A stretch of DNA of 64,000 bases, from contig CAXXGO010000006.1 in assembly GCA_963666835.2 (NCBI GenBank), positions 2,464,001 through 2,528,000 on the forward strand. Direction: 5' to 3'. The notes under the pieces are model-generated. The model was not told where the DNA came from and made no database searches. It worked only from the letters and a program-made list of their open reading frames with translations. Origin of the DNA: Phycisphaerae bacterium (GTDB lineage: Bacteria > Planctomycetota > Phycisphaerae > UBA1845). Positions within the stretch are counted from its first letter, which is position 1, and each line of letters begins with the position of its first letter. This document shows positions 57,620-64,000 of the stretch, piece after piece. A program made the translations under genes and the position numbers.

Positions 57620-58195
57620 ATGGCAACACTCAAGGGAAGTCAAACCGAGAAGAACCTCCTGACGGCATTTGCGGGCGAATCGCAAGCCAGGAATCGTTAC
57701 ACGTACTTTGCCGGAAAGGCAAAGAAGGAAGGGTTCGTTCAGATTGCGGATATCTTCGAAGAAACTGCGAACCAAGAGAAGGAACACGCCAAGCGGTTCT
57801 TCAAGTTCCTTGAAGGCGGAGACGTGGAGATTTCAGGGACGTTCCCGGCCGGGGTCATCGGTAGCACGGCCGAGAATCTCAAGGCGGCGGCGGCCGGGGA
57901 GCACGAGGAATGGGAGTGCATGTATCCGGAGTTCGCGGCGACTGCGCGCAAAGAGGGCTTCGAGGCTATAGCAAAGGTGTTTGAGGCGGTTAGTGTAGCC
58001 GAGAAGCAGCACGAGAAGCGTTACCTTGATCTGCTGGCGAACGTCGAGGCCGGGACGGTCTTCAAGAGGAAGGAAAAGGCCGTTTGGCGTTGCCGGAACT
58101 GTGGCTACCTCCACGAAGGTACCGAGGCTCCGGACACCTGTGCGGCGTGTGCCCATCCCCAGGCTCACTTCGAGCTGCTGGGGGAGAACTGGTAG
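57620..58195 (+). CDS. rbr: Rubrerythrin
   Basis: LKGSQTEKNLLTAFAGESQARNRY, EKEHA, MYPEFA, EKQHE and WRCRNCGY...CAACAHP. Confidence 0.97.
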   Translation: MATLKGSQTEKNLLTAFAGESQARNRYTYFAGKAKKEGFVQIADIFEETANQEKEHAKRFFKFLEGGDVEISGTFPAGVIGSTAENLKAAAAGEHEEWECMYPEFAATARKEGFEAIAKVFEAVSVAEKQHEKRYLDLLANVEAGTVFKRKEKAVWRCRNCGYLHEGTEAPDTCAACAHPQAHFELLGENW

Positions 58196-58473
58196 GGAGT
58201 AGGCGGTGAGGGGAGGTCTGCGGACTACGCTTCCGCCGGCGTTGCGTAGATGACGCGCACCTCCAGGCGAGGAGTCCGTGCGCAGGGTCTCTCAAACCGA
58301 GATTGCGCGCTGCCGAGGAGCCGTCCTCCAGGGTCCGAGTGTTTTCGTCTGCGGGCGCCCGTTCGATTAACGCCGTATCGAGAATCGGTCTCAGCGGTAC
58401 GCGGCATATCAGACGCTGCGCTTAGTCGAGGATTGAGCGGCCTCCCCGTGATCGGGTGGACCAAGACCCCAAG

Positions 58474-59409
58474 ATGAAGATTGGAGCGCGCAAACGCGGT
58501 ACTTTGCGACAACCAGGGACGTTCTGTCCAATCCACTCAGATGTACCGGCCCTATTCTCGCTTGGCTTTCAGGTGACTTACGTCCTTGGACTATGGACAT
58601 TGGAACTGGGTAACCGGGGGTGGCCACGGTGGCTTGCTGCGGTTCTTCCGGACTGGTTTCCAGGACCGGCGGTCCTCCTGTTTCTGATGCCATCCATTGC
58701 GATCTTTGCGGCAGGAGTTTCACTTATCTGGACGGAACGCAGAAGCCCTCGCGAGCAGGCGGCGTTTTCTGCCACTCCGAGGATCTGTCGGGTAGCAGCG
58801 ATAGGGTCAATCGTATTGTGGATCGACTTGCTCTGGCGGACACGCTGGCACCTTTGCGAACTACCTTGGTTACTCGTCACGTGCTTCGCGACCTTACCGA
58901 TGATGCCGTTGGTCGATCGTCCGTTCCGTAGCTTCCGTCGCTGGCGTGCTGGGAGATGTATGCGATGTGACCACGAGCTTTCTGCTAGGTCGCTCGCTTG
59001 CAGTACGTGCGGTCTCACAAATGCTGCAGGGAGTCCAGAGGAAGTATGTCCGGTACATTGGCTGCCCGCGACGATGACTCTAGCCTCGTCTGTCGTCGTG
59101 GCCATTCCCGTGCTTGGATTCCACGTTTTTCGAGCCGCACACGGAATCCGCCCGATCGAGCTTTTCGATGCCTCGCGAAGGGTCACACCCGGCTCAGCCG
59201 CGAGTCGCTTTGTTGAGTCTGGACTGCTCATAGGGCTTATAGTTCCCTGGGTCGCGTGTGTAGTGGGAGTCTGTTCCGTCATCGTTATAGGCGTCGCGGT
59301 CATACGAAAGGACGGACGTGCCGGACGGTCTGCCGCAATAGCCATTGCGTTGAGCTGCCTGGCTGGCCTAATGGCATACCAAACGGGTATGGCGATCCGT
59401 GGGACTTAG
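58474..59409 (+). CDS. Hypothetical membrane protein with a CxxC-x10-CxxC zinc ribbon (start uncertain)
   Basis: Several hydrophobic segments and RWRAGRCMRCDHEL......CSTCG. Codon usage looks less GC-biased than neighbours. Confidence 0.5.
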   Translation: MKIGARKRGTLRQPGTFCPIHSDVPALFSLGFQVTYVLGLWTLELGNRGWPRWLAAVLPDWFPGPAVLLFLMPSIAIFAAGVSLIWTERRSPREQAAFSATPRICRVAAIGSIVLWIDLLWRTRWHLCELPWLLVTCFATLPMMPLVDRPFRSFRRWRAGRCMRCDHELSARSLACSTCGLTNAAGSPEEVCPVHWLPATMTLASSVVVAIPVLGFHVFRAAHGIRPIELFDASRRVTPGSAASRFVESGLLIGLIVPWVACVVGVCSVIVIGVAVIRKDGRAGRSAAIAIALSCLAGLMAYQTGMAIRGT

Positions 59410-59530
59410 TACGGTAGGCCGGTCGGGCTTGGCTGATCATCGGCTCCCCCACGTCCAGCGGGGGTGCCATTGAACGGCCCGCGGAGGCGCGCAGCGCACG
59501 GCAAAGACAAAAGGACGCGGGCCACCCGGC

Positions 59531-59551
59531 GTTGGGCAGAGCCCACCCTAC
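59531..59551 (-). repeat. Single GTAG-type REP-like element
   Basis: Reverse complement GTAGGGTGGGCTCTGCCCAAC, located between convergent genes. Confidence 0.6.
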
Positions 59552-59595
59552 TTGGCTTTGTCCTTGACATGCTTCAGCCCTTTGTCTGTCACCGC

Positions 59596-60168
59596 TTAAA
59601 GATCATCCGCCACGTGCCAGTCGACGGCGTCGGTCTCGCACGTGATCGCGGCCACGTGGCTGTTGTGGAAGAAGTGCTCTACGGGCCAGGTCTGCCCTTT
59701 GTATTGCAGGGTCATGCGCGACGAGTTCGTGACCTCGACCAGGCGGCACGCGGAGAGCCCGGCGACCCCGGTTCCATTCGCCTTGAGGACGGCCTCCTTC
59801 GCCGTCCACAGGCGGAAGAAGGTCGGCCAGGATCGCCCCCGCAGCATATCCCATTCTTCCGGGGAAGCGGCGGCATCCATGATGGCTTCGTTACGCCGGG
59901 GGGCGACGTGCTCGATGTCGATGCCCACCGGGCGGTCGGCGATTACCGCGGCCGCCCACAGACGCTTGTGCGTGATTGACCAATACCAGCCGTCTTGCGG
60001 AAGGGGGGCGCCGGCGGCGTTTTTCTTCCAGCCGTTCTGCGGTGCTCCGCAGAGCCGGGCGCATTCTCGCAAGGCCGCGCGCGCGCTGGCCTGTTGTTGT
60101 TTGACTTGGTCAGGGATGCGAGTGCCTTCGCGCTGGGGGATCGGGGTGAGTACCGGGCGCAGGATCAT
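59596..60168 (-). CDS. 4'-phosphopantetheinyl transferase (short Sfp-type)
   Basis: SITH, VGIDIE and [16 protein letters not shown] motifs. Confidence 0.9.
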   Translation of the reverse strand: MILRPVLTPIPQREGTRIPDQVKQQQASARAALRECARLCGAPQNGWKKNAAGAPLPQDGWYWSITHKRLWAAAVIADRPVGIDIEHVAPRRNEAIMDAAASPEEWDMLRGRSWPTFFRLWTAKEAVLKANGTGVAGLSACRLVEVTNSSRMTLQYKGQTWPVEHFFHNSHVAAITCETDAVDWHVADDL

Positions 60169-60986
60169 GGCGATTCGGTCGGCCAGATGCCGGCGAGAGT
60201 GTGCTTGACGACGTCGGCGTCGAAGTAGTTCGTCTCCATACCGGCGTCCACCACAATACCCTGGGCATTGATGCCGCTAGATCGCTCGCTCAGCAGAAAC
60301 AACGCCGTGTTGGCCACTTCGTCCGTATCCAATCCGCGCTTGCGCAGCGTGACGTGCTCCGCGTACATGTAGTTGTCGATATACCCGGGGATGCCGGCCG
60401 AGGCGCTGGTCTTGAGCAAGCCCGCCCGCACCCCGTTAAAACGAACCTCGGAGAACCGACTGAACGACTTCGCCAGAAAGGCCAGTGACGAGTCCAACGC
60501 CGCCTTGGCCGGAGCCATATATCCGTAGCTCTCCACGGCCATCCGCGTGGTCGAGATGGAAATGGTCACCACGCTGCCGCGGCGGTCGAGCAGATCTCGA
60601 AAGGCGTTGGCTACGGCAATGAGCGAGTAACAGCTTACCGATACGCATTGCAGGAAATCTTCGCGGCGCACCTCATGGAATTTGCCGGAAAACGATTCGT
60701 AGTTGGCGAACGCGATTGAGTGGACGATGCCGTCGATTTTCTGGTGCTTCCGGCCGACCGCTTCTGCCAAGGCGGCAATCTGTTCGTCCTGCTCGACGTC
60801 GCACACGTGGACCTCGCGGCCGGGCAGCAGCTTGCTTGACTCCTCTCGGCGGGTCTCGTTGCGGACCCCGTATACGACCCTGGCGCCTTCTTCTTCCAAG
60901 AGCCGGGCGACGCGATAGGCCACGCTGCGCTTGTTGGCCACGCCCAATACGAGGTATGTTTTGTCGGTCAGATTAAGATAACTCAC
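60165..60986 (-). CDS. fabI: Enoyl-ACP reductase, FabI-like SDR
   Basis: [24 protein letters not shown] (Y-x6-K) and LKTSASAGI motifs. Confidence 0.9.
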   Translation of the reverse strand: MSYLNLTDKTYLVLGVANKRSVAYRVARLLEEEGARVVYGVRNETRREESSKLLPGREVHVCDVEQDEQIAALAEAVGRKHQKIDGIVHSIAFANYESFSGKFHEVRREDFLQCVSVSCYSLIAVANAFRDLLDRRGSVVTISISTTRMAVESYGYMAPAKAALDSSLAFLAKSFSRFSEVRFNGVRAGLLKTSASAGIPGYIDNYMYAEHVTLRKRGLDTDEVANTALFLLSERSSGINAQGIVVDAGMETNYFDADVVKHTLAGIWPTESP

Positions 60987-61421
60987 GCCGACGGTTCCTC
61001 CGCCTCAGCTTGCGTACAAGTGAACGTGACGCGAAGGGCCAACTTATCTTCAACGGTAACCCTGCCCGTGAGAAAGAACGCGTTCTGCAGTTCGTCGTCG
61101 AGCGTCACCTCGACCCGGAGCATCTGCCCGGGACGTACGATCTGCCGAAAGCGGGCGTCGCGAATCCGCGTGAGGACCGGGACCCCGGCCGTGGGATCGT
61201 ATCCGCCGAGTCGATGCGCGATCAGCAGGGCTCCAGCCTGAAAGCAGCACTCGCAGACCAAGACCCCCGGCATCACCGGGTGCCCGGGATAGTGCCCCGT
61301 GAAGAAATCGGCTTTCGGGTCGGCGAGCGTTGTCGTGACGATGCGGTCGTCAGTGACTTCCACGATGTCGTCAACAAAAAGAAACGGAGGGCGGTGGGGG
61401 ATCGAAGAAACGCTTAATATG

Positions 61422-61429
<8 letters not shown>
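60983..61429 (-). CDS. fabZ: Beta-hydroxyacyl-ACP dehydratase, FabZ-like
   Basis: [11 protein letters not shown] and [18 protein letters not shown] motifs. Confidence 0.92.
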
Positions 61430-62864
<1,435 letters not shown>

Positions 62865-62873
62865 AATCGTCGA

Positions 62874-64000
62874 TCACGAATCCGAAAGTACGTGCAAGTT
62901 CGCCACAGTTATTCCGCTCAGCATCGCCCCGATGATACCGAGAAACCCCTGGTCCGTCCCGCAGATGAAGAGATTTTCGTACTGCGTCCGTCCGTCACGG
63001 ATCTTGCGAGGGGAGCCGTATACCGCACCGCTAATGTGTCCGGTAAACCGCTCAATGGTCCGCGGCGTGAACATGTCCCAGTCTACCACGTGTTCCCGGA
63101 AACGCGGGAGGTACGCCTCGGCGCGTTCGATTGCCTTGGCGAAGCAGGCCTGCTTCATCGCTACGTAGGTGTCGGCGTCGGCATCCATCCACGGGGCGAA
63201 GTCGGCCAGCCATGTGAGCCTGACGATACCCTCGGCCAGGTGCTTGTGCCGATCATAGTTATTCGGGCAGCACAACACGCCGCTGCGCAGGTCGACCGGT
63301 TCGCGGGGCCGGGCATAGTGGAACTTCTCGCTATCGTTGAAGAAGACAATCGCGGCCTCGTGCCCCAGGTCGGCCGGCGTGCGATCCAGAATGCAGATCG
63401 TCTCGACAAACGATACGGCGCCCGTGTCCGGCAGATCCGGCGTTACTCCGTTTTCTTGGCAGATCTGCATGGTTTCGTAGTGGCCGGCGGAGGAGATTAC
63501 GATATCTGCAGTTAGTTGCTCGCCGGAATCCAGAGTCAGTCCCGCCACCCGGTTATTGCGGATTTCGAGCCCCGCGACCCCGTCGCCGATGCGTAGCTCG
63601 CCTTTGCAGCTTCGGTATTTCTTCACCAGCGCTCGGATGATTGCCCTGACTCCGCCGCGGGGGCGGGCGAACCCCTCGAAGAAGAGGCTCTTGAACATGG
63701 TCACGAACTGCGTGAAGTCCATGTCGTGCTCCTCCGCGTTGCCGTAGTACATGACAGGGCAGAGGAGCATCTCGATAAGCTGTGGATCATGGAGGGACTC
63801 GCGCATCGCCGAACGGGCTGAGTGGTGCGGCTGATCGAGCCGAGTATCTTCGAACTCGGCTACGTCCGCCAGAAACCGGCGGAAACGGTCAATCTCCTGC
63901 GGGAACTCCTCTGCAACCTGCGCGGTGAGAACGGCGATGTCGTTTGTGAACCGCAATCGCCGTCCGGGGAACGATACCTCGGAGTAACGCTGCTCCGCCA
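62874..64000 (-). CDS. Phytoene-desaturase-like FAD-dependent oxidoreductase 1 (5' end outside window)
   Basis: FEGFARPRGGV, FTPRTIERFTGH..GAVYGSP and NLFICGTDQGFLGIIGAMLSGI motifs. The frame appears open to the window edge. Confidence 0.85.
   Translation of the reverse strand, partial: AEQRYSEVSFPGRRLRFTNDIAVLTAQVAEEFPQEIDRFRRFLADVAEFEDTRLDQPHHSARSAMRESLHDPQLIEMLLCPVMYYGNAEEHDMDFTQFVTMFKSLFFEGFARPRGGVRAIIRALVKKYRSCKGELRIGDGVAGLEIRNNRVAGLTLDSGEQLTADIVISSAGHYETMQICQENGVTPDLPDTGAVSFVETICILDRTPADLGHEAAIVFFNDSEKFHYARPREPVDLRSGVLCCPNNYDRHKHLAEGIVRLTWLADFAPWMDADADTYVAMKQACFAKAIERAEAYLPRFREHVVDWDMFTPRTIERFTGHISGAVYGSPRKIRDGRTQYENLFICGTDQGFLGIIGAMLSGITVANLHVLSDS

Overview
GC-rich bacterial window. 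Gene content (TIGR02999-type ECF sigma, planctomycete-style PilB/PilT/PilC locus with large pilins, Cys-rich and dockerin-like secreted proteins, rubrerythrin/PerR cluster) suggests a Planctomycetota genome, probably Phycisphaerae and anaerobic or microaerotolerant; this is inference. In order: transketolase 3' part, DUF1579 protein, nitroreductase, and lipocalin and CIA30 genes broken by +1 insertions that look like sequencing errors; a serine hydrolase; a REP-like repeat patch; an orphan ECF sigma; an AmmeMemoRadiSam + DUF362 operon whose three products all appear to carry export signals; a 17-kb type IV pilus/T2SS-like locus (two PilB, PilT, PilC, seven oversized pilin-like proteins) followed by a ~1760-aa protein of ~32 six-cysteine GACC modules; a phosphorelay with no output domain; a transglutaminase-like membrane protein; SppA; DUF4190; an integrin-alpha-like FG-GAP lipoprotein; a P1B ATPase; a degenerate HExxH membrane protein; a GEVED/dockerin protein; DUF2330; a PerR-Tpx-rubredoxin-ferritin-rubrerythrin cluster with an internally deleted ferritin remnant; and the end of an unusual type II FAS lipid cluster (two phytoene-desaturase-like genes, FabZ, FabI, PPTase). 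No rRNA, tRNA, CRISPR array or transposase was recognised. All family calls come from motif recognition by eye; no database searches were run.
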